The notes beneath the pieces were generated by a model. It was given only the letters and a program-made list of their open reading frames with translations, had not been told where the DNA came from and searched no databases. Source: Azolla caroliniana (taxonomy: Eukaryota > Plantae > Polypodiophyta). Taken from it: a DNA stretch of 64,000 bases. The position numbers and the translations under genes are program-made. The stretch lies in contig JBHGNT010000017.1 in the NCBI GenBank assembly GCA_043228905.1, positions 16,740,001 through 16,804,000 on the forward strand, in the 5' to 3' direction. The stretch's first letter is position 1, and the number at the start of each line of letters is the position of its first letter. This document shows, piece after piece, positions 13,101 through 25,100 of the stretch.

Positions 13101-16100
13101 TAGATGAGAAAACTTGTCAGTATTAGGCTTGATGAGTTGAAAGGTGCAACAGAGCATCTATCGTTATTCACAGGTACTCTCTCCCAACTACAAGATTTAG
13201 GCTTACCAGCTTTTGATGACAAGCTCAAAGCTATCTCCTACTTATTGTTACCCGTAAGAATATACGGGGAGGCATAAGGGTATGTGTAATGATGTGGTTG
13301 ATGTGTTTGTGTATTATAAATGAATGTATGAGGATGAGTATGTGTATATGAACACATGCATATTTGTGTGCATGTGTACAAAGGTGAGAAAGTGGGTAAG
13401 TAATGTAACTCCATACTTGTCTCATTCTTTATTTGTAACGGTTACATCTTGTACTATATAAAACCCACCCATGGGGCATAATGGGAGAGACATTTTTCCC
13501 CTCATTTTGTGTCATTTTGTATTTGTCTTTCTCTCTAGCTCTCTCACTATTGTAACCCCCTTGGGAGGGGGGTGAAGCCATTCTAGGTTTCACCCCCCAC
13601 CCGACAACACTTTTGGCACGCTTGGTGATCTGTGTTTCCTCACAAACGAGCAACAACGAATGGATGTTTAGCCGCAGACGACCCAGAGAACCAACATGAC
13701 AAGACTGGCCAATAACAAGGTCCGTCACACGCCAGGCAGAAGAACGTGCACGGCAGAAGCCGCGCATCAGCGACCTCAGTACTACCTACCGTGAGTGCAA
13801 AGGGGATTCTTCGCTCCCCAAATACCTCGACGAGACGCGGGGACCATGCTCACCACAGCCACCCTGTGGCCTTTCCCGATCTGCCGTAGCTCCCACTATG
13901 GCCTTTGCCTACCCCCGCTTTAACGGCGAAACCGACACTGCAACTAATATTCGCATGTTCCTGAATGTCTAGAATGCAAACCACATGGCACAGAATCTCT
14001 TCAAGACAGTGGCACACCAATCGAAGATGACAGAGTTCGGATTAACATTAGATGGGCGTGCGGCGTTCTGGCATTCACAGATGGACTTGCCAGCTATAAC
14101 AACCTTCGATCAGCTGCAGTTCGCTTTCTTGCGATTCTTCCATCGGAGGGTTCCACAACGCGAGATTCTCGGGCAGTTTTATACAATTAAGGAACTACCG
14201 ATCGAGACGATAGCGGACTTCAACTTATGTTTCCAAAATTTACGACGGAAACTGGAACGAAGCCCCGCGGAGGAGGAGGCTCGGGAGACATTTCTAGCAG
14301 CTTTACGCCGGCCCATCCGGGCAACGCTCAACAACAATAGCGTGAAAGGGGAAACGGCGGATATGGTAATTGAACGAGCGTTACAACTCGAGTTGGATGA
14401 CGAGGAGGAAAGGTTTTCGATGTCATCCTTACGACAAGCGTTACCTCAGGATGAGGAACGCCAATTTTGTCAAGCAATCCAGTGCACGATTTGCTTGAAC
14501 TCGGGGCATTCCGCAGTGGAGTGCAATATGTGAATCCACTACCCAATCTGCCACTCGAAGGTTCACACAGTCGACCAATGCGAGTACAATATGTTAAACA
14601 GAGCCACTCCCGCGGTCCACAGCATGGACACACAGCGTCAACCGCACCGGGCTGAACAAAGGAGGCAAGAAGACCGACCCTGGTATAAGGATCGCAACCC
14701 GCGGGAGGACTGGTACAACCGGAATCGCCGGAATCACAACGAGTCTGAGGACGACGACCCAGAGGACGAGGATTATAGTGGACATCCAAGTTACGCCAAA
14801 GGGGGTCAGCGCTACGAACATCAACGCCCGACAAACAAACGGGGTGGCTTCAATGGCTATCGGGTTAAGCCTCGGCAATATAGGGATCACCGGCGTTACG
14901 ACGAAAGCTCGGGGGATGAGCGGCACCAGGAACGACGGGACCAATAGCAGCCACCGCGTACGTTCCGACAAACGAGGCCGGACCGTGAAGAGCAAGTAGC
15001 ACCCGGAGAGCGGCACACACCACCTGGGGCCGAGAAGGGAGAATCAAGCATCCATTGTTTTATTTGTCAGCAACCCAGACATTATGCCACACAATGCCCG
15101 ACACGCAAGGGAAAGGGGCCCGCCGTCAATACGATTACGGCGGAGGTACAAGTCACGACACGTCAACAAACAAAAACGGCGGATTGGGCTGTGCAGGACG
15201 AGGTACGACGACAAGCCCAAGCCTGGGTGGAAAAAGCAAACGCGACCTATACGGAACGTATGCGGCAGGAGTCCGCGAACACAATGGAGCGAACAGAGAA
15301 TGAAAGACCGGGGTTAGACCCCATTTGGCAGGTGTTAGCAGGTTGTGAAATCACGTTAACCATGGACATATCGACGGTCGTCCTCGCTTTGGACGCCCCA
15401 TGAGCGTACCCAGTGCTTCTGGGCAGACCATGGCTTCAGACAACAAATATCAAGCCGAGCTGGCAACATGAGTGTATCAGTTTCCGGCATGGACGCACCA
15501 AGGTTCGCGTACCTACGGAAGGCAACACGCCACAACCTAAGGGTATAACACCGTTATACGCGGAGGACATAAATATGTTGGCTGGGGTGGAGGATGCCGA
15601 ATTGGAGGCGTACCTCGACGAACATCCTCGGATTATTCCGCTGTTCGAAATAGATGTCATCGCAACTACGACAGAATATACTACGGCCACTGTTCCGCAC
15701 GACGAGCCATACGAACCAAACCCAGAGTCCATATTGAAACTCAGCAGAGCACCGACGGCATTTGAAAGGGAAATGGAGATTTCACGACGAGTCACCGCTT
15801 CCGCTCTCGAAGAAGTAAATGTGGGTACGGAATCCGAGCCCCGGTTCCTCTCCATCGCAAAGGAATTAAGGCCGGACTAGAGAATCACAATGATCGCACT
15901 ACTCACGGAATATAAAGATGTGTTCGTTTGGGCTCACGAGGACATGAAGGGGTTAGATCCCAAGTTCTATCAGCATATGATCAATTTAGCAACTGATGCG
16001 AAACCTGTCCAGCAGCGCCGCTACCGCATGAACCCCAATTACGCGACCCACGTGAAAGAAGAAATTGACAAGCTCCTGAGGGCCGGGTTTATACAGCCAG

Positions 16101-19100
16101 TTAAACAAGCAACATGGCTAAGCCCGATAGTGGTTGTCCCAAAGAAAAACGGCAAAATACGGGTATGCGTAGATTCCACGTGTTCGTCGACGCCTCGGAC
16201 ATAGCAATAGGAAGCGCGCTAATGCAGCTCACCGAACCAAACTGGTACAGGCCAGTATACTACACAAGTCGTAAATTGCCAGCAACAGAGCGTAACTATT
16301 CCACAACAAAGCGGGAGGCGCTAGAGATGATCTATAGCATCAATAAATTCTGACACAATTTATTAGGACGGAAATTCACGTTCCACGTGGATCATTCGGC
16401 ATTATTGTATTTGGTGGAGAAACAAGCCCTGATAGGGAAATTGGCATGGTGGATGCTGCTGCTCCAAGAATTCGAGTTCGTAATTCAGCACTGACTAGGA
16501 ACGCAACACGTAGTGGCAGATTTTTTTCGTAGACTTGAGAATGGAGAAACAGTACAGAAAGACGGCGACGATCTAGAGACATTCGGCCGAGGTAGTCGGC
16601 AAACAATGAACAACGACAACTGACAGTCGGCGACGGCAGAGCCGGTCAAACAGTCCGGCAGGCGGCTACCGACCGAGCGACGGCCGTCATCTGGCAGGGG
16701 GCCAGAAAGGCACGGCTGAACAGAGAGCCGGCCGAATAGACAAACGACCATGGCCAGAAGGCGGAGACCGCCGGGCACAGCTGACCGACGACAGACGGTC
16801 ACAGGCAAAGCCGAGCAGCCGGTTCGTGAACTGGACGGCACCAGCCAACGTCCGACAGAGTTGACCGGAGAAATGGTGACAGCCGTCGAACAAAGGGTCC
16901 CACAAGTGGCCGCCGGACAGAGCCGACAACCAGCGGACGACGACAGAGACAGCCCACGGAGAGACGGCCACAGACAGACAGCAGATGGGAGAAGAAGATG
17001 ATCATCAGAGAATGAAGAAGAAGAAGAAGATGATCATCACCATCACCACCATAGAAGACAGAGAGGGTATGACAGAAGCAGAGAAGAAAAAGAGGAGGAA
17101 GAGAAGAAAACGAAAAGACGGAGAAATGGATGAGGATGAAGCTGAGTAATAAACAAAGAAAAAAGAGAAAACGAAGAACAAGAAGAAAACGATGCAGATA
17201 GAAAGCAGGCACAAAGAAAGAAAAAGAAAAGAAGAAGAGGAAAAGGCAAAGAGAGAGAGGGGCATTGGACAAATCTTGAGGGAATCATCACAGTGTGAGG
17301 AAATGGAAGGGCATTTGACAAAATTTTAGAAAACGAAAGGGTATACATTCCTTTAGCAAAACTCTCTACACTCGTCTCTCTATCATATCAATTTGATGCA
17401 GAGAACCTAGGAAACCATTTGAGGCCTTACATCAAGCGCGAAGTGCTGGACGGAAGATGGGCAACAAGTGGGCGGCCATAGTAAAGCTCATCTTGGGGCG
17501 GACAGCCACACAGTCAAGATGCGCGGCCGAGAGGATGGCCAGGAGGCGCGATTGAGAGCACGATCGAGAATACCGCCGAGACGCGCGGTCGAGAAGATGG
17601 TCGGAACGTGTGGCCAAGAGGACAACCGAGATGCACGATAGAGTGTACGGCCGAGACGTGCACTCGAGAGTACGGCCCAAATGCGCGACCGAGACTAGGG
17701 CCGAGTGATGGCCGTGAAGACAAACCAGAGAGGAAAATTTCAAAACATTTAAGGGTAAAAATTTTAGAGACCAAGGGTACAAAATATAAAACTCACTTCA
17801 CGTGATAAAAGAAAGAATACACAAATGCACAACACGATTTCACAACCCCTGCCACATTGAACTAGTCGATTGGTGTATGATCCAATCGCGACTTGTGCTA
17901 ACCGAACGAGAAGGTTCGAGTCAAGCAAAGCTCCGATCGAACTTATCGATCGTAGAGCAGTGATCCGGTCGAGGGATTTCCGACCGTTTAGACGACCGAT
18001 GGAGTTCCGATCGAGAAGAGTTGCCATGGTGAGTGGGTTCACCGTGCAATGCACTGTCCCACAAGCGTGCCATGTGTTACCCGTAAGAATATACGGGGAG
18101 GCATAAGGGTATGTGTAATGATGTGGTTGATGTGTTTGTGTATTATAAATGAATGTATGAGGATGAGTATGTGTATATGAACACATGCATATTTGTGTGC
18201 ATGTGTACAAAGGTGAGAAAGTGGGTAAGTAATGTAACTCCATACTTGTCTCATTCTTTATTTGTAACGGTTACCTCTTGTACTATATAAAACCCACCCA
18301 TGGGGCATAATGGGAGAGACATTTTTCCCCTCATTTTGTGTCATTTTGTATTTGTCTTTCTCTCTAGCTCTCTCACTATTGTAACCCCCTTGGGAGGGGG
18401 GTGAAGCCATTCTAGGTTTCACCCCCCACCCGACAACACTTATGACTTTACCGGATTCGTGGGAAACATTAGTTGTTTCACTATCTAATAGCCCCACCTT
18501 GACCTTCGATGGTGTGTGGGGCTCTATTCTCAGTGAAGATATTAGAAGACAATATAGCGGAGAAGGTAGTGGTTCAGCATACAATATTAGGGGGAGATAT
18601 GATAAGAGGAACCCAAATGTAGGACAAAGAAATAGAAGTAAGAGTAGAGGGAAAGGAAAACAACAAGATATCACATGCTATCATTGTGGCCGTAAAGGTC
18701 ATAAGAAACCTGATTGTAGATATTGGAAGATGGAACTAGAAAGGAAGAAGAATGTAGGAGAGAAGAAAAACAAAGATGATAAGTTTAATACACCAGAGAA
18801 AGCTAATATGGCTTCAAATGTTATCATTGAAGACCTATCTGGTGAAGATGGTGATGTACTTTGTATTACAAGTGATGCCTTTATAGCTCATGTTTAAGAC
18901 ATGCAAATCACCAAAACAGATGTTATTGATGCTTTATTGTCAATCGATGATGGGTTGACACAGACATGGATAGTAGACTCCGGGGCTTCTTTTCATGTTA
19001 CTCCATGTTTGGAGTGCTTTACCACATTTGATGCAAGCAGTTATGGAAAAGTTTATCTTGGTAACAATAGTGCTTGCAATATTGATGGTATTGGAACCAT

Positions 19101-22100
19101 ACACTTGTCTTTGGATAATAGTCAAGAGCTTGTGCTCAAAGATGTTAGGTATGTACCTAGCATTAAGAAAAGTTTGCTATCTGTAGGACAGATGGATTTG
19201 CATGGTTACACCACATTATTCGGTGGTGGATTATGGAAACTAAAGAAAGGATCTATGGTTATTGTGAAAGGTTGCAAAAAGGGCACTATGTATTGTTTGC
19301 AATGTAAAGCTTTACCTGGAAAGTTTCTTGCTATTACTGAATTCAACTCTCGTTTAGAGCTTTGGCATAAGAGATTAGGACATGAGCCAAAAAGGACTTG
19401 AAGTCCTTTCTGCTTTAAAAAGATTTGATGTTAAAGGATCAAAGCTAGTTTTTTGTAATGATTGTCTATTTGGCAAACAAGTGAGAAATTCTTATTATTC
19501 TGGTATCTCTCATAAACCAAATGTGCTAGATTTGGTGCATTCTGATGTATGTAGCATGCCTGTAAAATCCTTGGGCGGTGCTGCATATTTTATTTCCTTT
19601 ATCGATGATTATTCTAGGAAGATTTGGGTGTACTTGATGAAAAGAAAAGGTGATGCATTTGATGCATTTAAATCTTTTCATGCATTTGTGACTACTCAAA
19701 AAGGGACAAAACTGAAATGTCTCAGAACAGATAATGGGGGTGAGTTTACATCTGCAGAATTTAAGTCTTGTTGTGACTTACATGGTATTAAAAGAGAGCT
19801 TACAGCTCCATATAACCCTTCATCAAATGGGGTGGCAGAAAGGTATAATAGGACCTTGTGTGAGCGAGTACGATGCATGCTGTTCACAGCTAATCTACCT
19901 CATGAATTTTGGGGAGAAGCATTAAAAACCGCGGTTCATATATGTAATCGTTCGCCCAACAAGTCCTTAAAAAATGGAATCCTTGAGGAGGTTTGGTCTG
20001 GCAAACCAGCCTCATATGACCATTTACGAATTTTCAGTTGTGAGGCGTTTGTACACATTAGAAGTGAGCTGAGAAATAAGCTCGATGCTAAGTCCACCAT
20101 GGGCATTTTTATGGGCTATGGTGATGAAGGTGAAATGGGCTATAGGATTTGGTTACCTCAGTCCAGAAAAATTGTACACAGCCGGGATGTTGTTTTTAAT
20201 GAAGAAAAATTGCTGAAAAATGCTTGTTCCTCTGTTGGGAACTCTAAGAGCATTACATTTCAGCAATTACAGCCATCCACAAAATCTGAAAATAAATCTC
20301 ATGATGCTATACCAAAGGTTGAATATGATGATCGACCGGTTATCTTTGAGCCAGAAGAAGTTGGACAGCAAAGAGATGCTCATGAAGGTATTGGTCAACG
20401 AGATGAAGGTACTGAAGAACAAAATATAGATGTCGAACAACATGCTGGACATGGTTTGCAACAGCCAGAAAGTGCTGAAAATGATTTTCCTCCAGATTTA
20501 GAACCAATCCCAGAAAATACTGATCATTGGGTACGTAGGTCTAATCGTTCAAGGAAGTAGGTATATAGATATGACCCCTCTTTGCATTATGTCATGCTGT
20601 CAGATGAGGGTGAACCTCTTACTTATAAGGAGGCAATGTCATGTGAACTTAGCAGTAAGTGGGAGCTTGCAATGCAAGAAGAAATAAAATCTTTATATGC
20701 AAATGATACATGGGATCTTGTGTCCTTACCTCAAGGAAGGAATGGTGTGGGAGCTTGCAATGCAAGAAGAAATAAAATCTTTATATGCAAATGATACATG
20801 GGATCTTGTGTCCTTACCTCAAGGAAGGAATGGTCTTCCAAATAAGTGGGTTTATAAGGTAAAGTAAATTGAAGGGAAACCAAAATACAAGGCAAGATTA
20901 GTTGCCAAGGGTTATGCACAGAAGGAAGGTATTGACTTCCAAGAGGTCTTCTCTCCTGTTGTGAAGATGACCACACTTCGTGTGCTATTTGCTCTCACTG
21001 CAATGCTTAATTTGGAGTTGTACCAAATGGATGTAAAGACTGCTTTTTTGTATGGTGATATTGATGAAGAGATCTACATGAAACAACCTGAGGGTTTTGT
21101 AGTCTCTAACAAGGAGCATTTGGTATGCAAACTAAAACGTAGCTTGTATGGCCTAAAACAAGCACCACGACAGTGGTATAAGAAGTTTGATACTTTTATG
21201 CTTTCTCAAGGCTTTGATCGTAGCTATGCAGATCATTGTTTATGCACGAAAAAGGATATCGATGATAGTCCTATCATACTTGTTCTATATGTGGATGATA
21301 TGTTGCTAGCTGGGAAAAGAAAGACTAGTCTTGATGCTCTAAAAGATCAACTGAAATTGGTCTTCTCTATGAAAGATTTGGGAAATGCAGAGCATATTTT
21401 GGGCATGAGAATCAATAGAAACAGAAAAGACAAATTGTTGTTTTTGTCACAAGAAAAGTACATTGAAAAAGTGCTTAACAGATTTAATATGGCAGAAGCA
21501 AAGTCCCTTGGAGTTCCTTTGCCGTCATATCTTAAACTCAGCAAGGCTGATTGTCCAAAGGATGAGATGGAAATCAATGCTATGAAGGGAATTCCTTATG
21601 CATCAGCATGTGGTTCTCTAATGTATGCTATGGTAGCTACTCGTCCAGATATTGCTTATGCAGTGGGAGTAATCCCGGGAAAGCACATTGGGAGGCTGCC
21701 AAGTGTGTTTTCAGGTATCTTAAAGGTACACAGCGAAAATGTTTATGCTATGGGAAGGGTGCATTAAATTTGCAGGGATATTGTGATGCAGACATGGCAG
21801 GTGACTTGGATACACGTAAGTCTACTAGCGGGTATATATTTACAGTTGCTGGTGGAGCAGTGTCTTGGTGCTCCAAATTGCAAAAGATTGTAGCATTGAG
21901 TACTATTGAAGCTGAATATATTTCACCTACAGAAGCTTCAAAGGAAGCTATATGGCTCATCAGACTTGGTGAAGATCTTGGCATGTCTGTTAGTACTCCT
22001 GTGTTAGGATGTGATAGCCAGAGTGTTGTGTATCTGGCTAAGAATGCCATGTTTCATTCGCACACCAAACATATTGATGTGCAACATAACTTTATCAGAC

Positions 22101-25100
22101 AAGTTTTGGAGGATGGTCTAGTCACATTGACCAAGATCAAAACACAAGATAATCCTGCAGATATTCTCACTAAAAGTCTTGGCAAAGCTCAACATGAGCA
22201 TTGCATACAGTTAGTGGGAGTTACTTGAATGTTCACATCGGACCTTTAAGTGGGAGGTTGTTAGGTGTAAAGGCCCGTAGTTCACAAATTAGGTAATTAT
22301 TCGTATATGTGAACACATTGTTCACCTGGACAGGACACCTCCTTTTGTAATGTGAACACACCACTTTCTTTGTAAGGTTAACTAATATAATAACCTTTTT
22401 TTCTTGTGTACCAATCAAGGCGGTTGGGTACACCAAAGATCTGTGTGTCTCTACTCTCATCTCTACTACAGTCCTGTTTGCTGAACGTCATCTCTCAATA
22501 GCTGATCTGTCAAACATCCCTCTTTACCTTTAGAGTGGTACCCGGTCACTTGGGTTGTTTTATCCCAAGGGGGGATCACTACCGCCAAACCTGCATGCTT
22601 TTTCTGACTCTGATATGGCTGGTTGTTATGACACTCGTGTGTCCACAAGTGGTTTTTGCTTCATGCATATCTTGGTTGAGCAAGAAGCAGCCTACTGTGG
22701 CCACTTCTAGTTGTGAGGCTGAGTATAGGGCAGCTTTCACAGCTACAGTTGAGTGTGTGTGGCTCAGACGCCTTTTAACTGATTTGGGTGTTGGTCAATC
22801 TTCTGCCACCACCATCTTCACTGATAGTCAAAGCGCAATGGCAGTTGCGAGGAACCCTGTGTTCCATGCTCGCACTAAGCACATTGAGGTGCATTATCAC
22901 TATGTCAGGGAAAGGTTCTCCGCTGGAGAGATCAGTTTGGCTTATGTGCCCACGCAGGAGAACATTGCAGACCTCTTCACAAAGGCTCTGCTCTGCCTAG
23001 GGAGAAGTTTGAAGCTTTCCGCAAAGCTTTAGGCCTAATCCCATTTGTGGATTCATCTCTATCCACATAGCTTGACACTTGTTTAACCATGAGTGTCAGC
23101 TCCTTGTTCACCGCATCACTCCCAAGGGGGATTTGTTGACATATTTTGGTAGTGATGTGTGTGAACGCACTTAGGACAGTGATGTGTGAACACACTTAGG
23201 ATAGTGATGTGTGTGAACACATTTCGGACAGTAATGTGTGAACACACTTAGGACTACAGGGGCATTTTTTCCCTCTTTAGGAGGTTTTTTCTCCCTGTCT
23301 AAAAATACTCTTACAACCCTAAAGTGGTCGAGCTTTTTGGGATTCAAAGCAAGAACCCAACAGAGGAAGTGTCCAAACGTAGATCACAGATCAAGGGGAT
23401 CGATGTACATGCCCATCAGGTGGGAGATGGAGTTCCAACAGAACCACCATGTCGATGCCTACATATGCATACATAGAGGGAATACCAACATCATAAGGAT
23501 ACAGATGGGCATTGTAAATCCCAGACAGTATTGGCCTTTGGTAGGAGACTGGTGTATATAGGACACTAGAGGAAAGGCCAATTGGGGCAGACTAGTGTTA
23601 AAGTTTAAGTATATGTAGAAGAAACTTAGGACTTGGAGAGTGGTGGTCTCTTTTTTTGCTGTTGAGGGGGGGGAGAGAGAGAGAGAGAGAGAGAACTCTC
23701 GCACATTGAGCTGTATCTGTTCGTGAATAGAATAAGAAAGAAGAAAGATGTATTAACATCTTTTAAGAGACCAAAATAGCCTATAAGACAGAACAAGAGA
23801 TTACACCTTAAAATTTTCTTGACTTCGAGAACAACTTTCTTTCGAGTGTTATGACATTGGAATTGATTATCTATCTTTTCTGTAGTTTCATTGTAGGATC
23901 ATTATATTAGGTCAAACAACAGGATAGTGCGTTGACTATCTCCGATAGTTTCAACCCATATTGAAGACATGCCACCTCCAGCAATATCATAGAGGAGGCC
24001 ATGAACGGTGACATCAATCAAAATGGACTCAATATCAGATGCATTAACAGATGCTAACAAGAGCATCAATATCTTCTGGCCAGTCTTCCACCTCCACCCA
24101 CATCTATCCACACTTCACAACCATCTCTCCCAAGTTTCGAGCAGTCTTCCACCTCCCAGATCTGTCCCCCTGCTGAGATAGTGAAAAAGGCAATACATAC
24201 ACATACTTCAAAAGTATGCTTCAGTGTGCACATTCTAGCATCTTGATCTGCTAATCTCAATTCCTAAGTTGAAATAAAATGTAACATACAAATTATCACA
24301 TCTATAGATTCAAAGAAAACTGCTTACATGATGCTATTCCTTCCATCAACTTAGTCAGAATGTCCCGCCTAACATCTTGGTTCAAAGTTCCCAGTTGTAT
24401 TTACATATTATCCACTACCTTTACAAAGGATTGAATAGTCTCAAAGTCATCCAGCATAGGTGATGATCTTGGTTCCCATCAAACTGCTATTTGCATTTGA
24501 CATACATTGGGCTTTCTATAGAGCACCATTCATCAGTTCACAATCAAAAGTAAAACGATGAATAAAGCACATATATCATGAAATTCATAATCAGCATCAC
24601 TGAAATGATGTACAGAATTTCATACAGAAAACAGAAAGATCATAATTCATGGATCCGCATAATCAATGTAAAGATTGACGTAATCATGCATGAAGCATGT
24701 ATATTGTTACATCCATATCAACAACATTGATTTGATGTATAGAATTGCCTACATATATCAACCAGATACATCATTGACAATAATCATATGCATATCGGAG
24801 TACTGATTTTAAAAGTGATATTCACCACAATTGACAATATTGATATGAGTCCCGATTAAATTAAACAATGTACATTGCCTTCAGTAATTAACCAACAAGC
24901 ACTGCTTTCATATTAAATGTAAAGAAATACTAACCTCTAACAAGAATTTGTTCATTGTTACACCATCACAATTCAAGAAATCCACGTCAGTATCGGGCAT
25001 CCCACATTCATGGAGAAGTCTTAACATTTGTTCCATCACAACACTGACCTGTCATCAACTATGTTTTAGCCTCAATATTATTGATCCAGTTATGCTCATA

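Larger units (their letters stand above)
12342..22532 (+). mobile_element. Ty1/copia LTR retrotransposon B with TG...TA LTR ends, nested in Copia A
   Basis: LTRs at 12342-12616 and 22259-22532; TSD GAGTG; PBS TGGTATCAGAGC at 12619; PPT AAGTGGGAGGT. Removing it rejoins Copia A at RYLS|GTRSLG. Confidence 0.94.
8103..23362 (+). mobile_element. Ty1/copia LTR retrotransposon A (decayed) in P5CDH intron 9, interrupted by Copia B
   Basis: 229-bp LTRs at 8103-8331 and 23134-23362 (TG...CA); TSD GAGGA; PBS TGGTATCAGAGC (tRNA-iMet) at 8333; PPT AAGGGGGATT before the 3' LTR. Confidence 0.95.

Noticed and set aside
16750-17805. Hydrophobic F/L/S-rich ORFs suggesting an env-like membrane protein in C
   Set aside because: They arise from GA/CT simple sequence in all frames; no conserved motif.
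20659-20834. 88-bp perfect tandem duplication in Copia B RT
   Set aside because: Ordinary post-insertion damage or an assembly artefact in an already dead element.
7414-23758. Possible older LTR (TGTTGATA...TATTAACA; 7414-8102 + 23368-23758) hosting Copia A
   Set aside because: The inverted ends are suggestive, but the flanks (GGCCT / TCTTT) are not a TSD and no clear PBS or PPT is seen.
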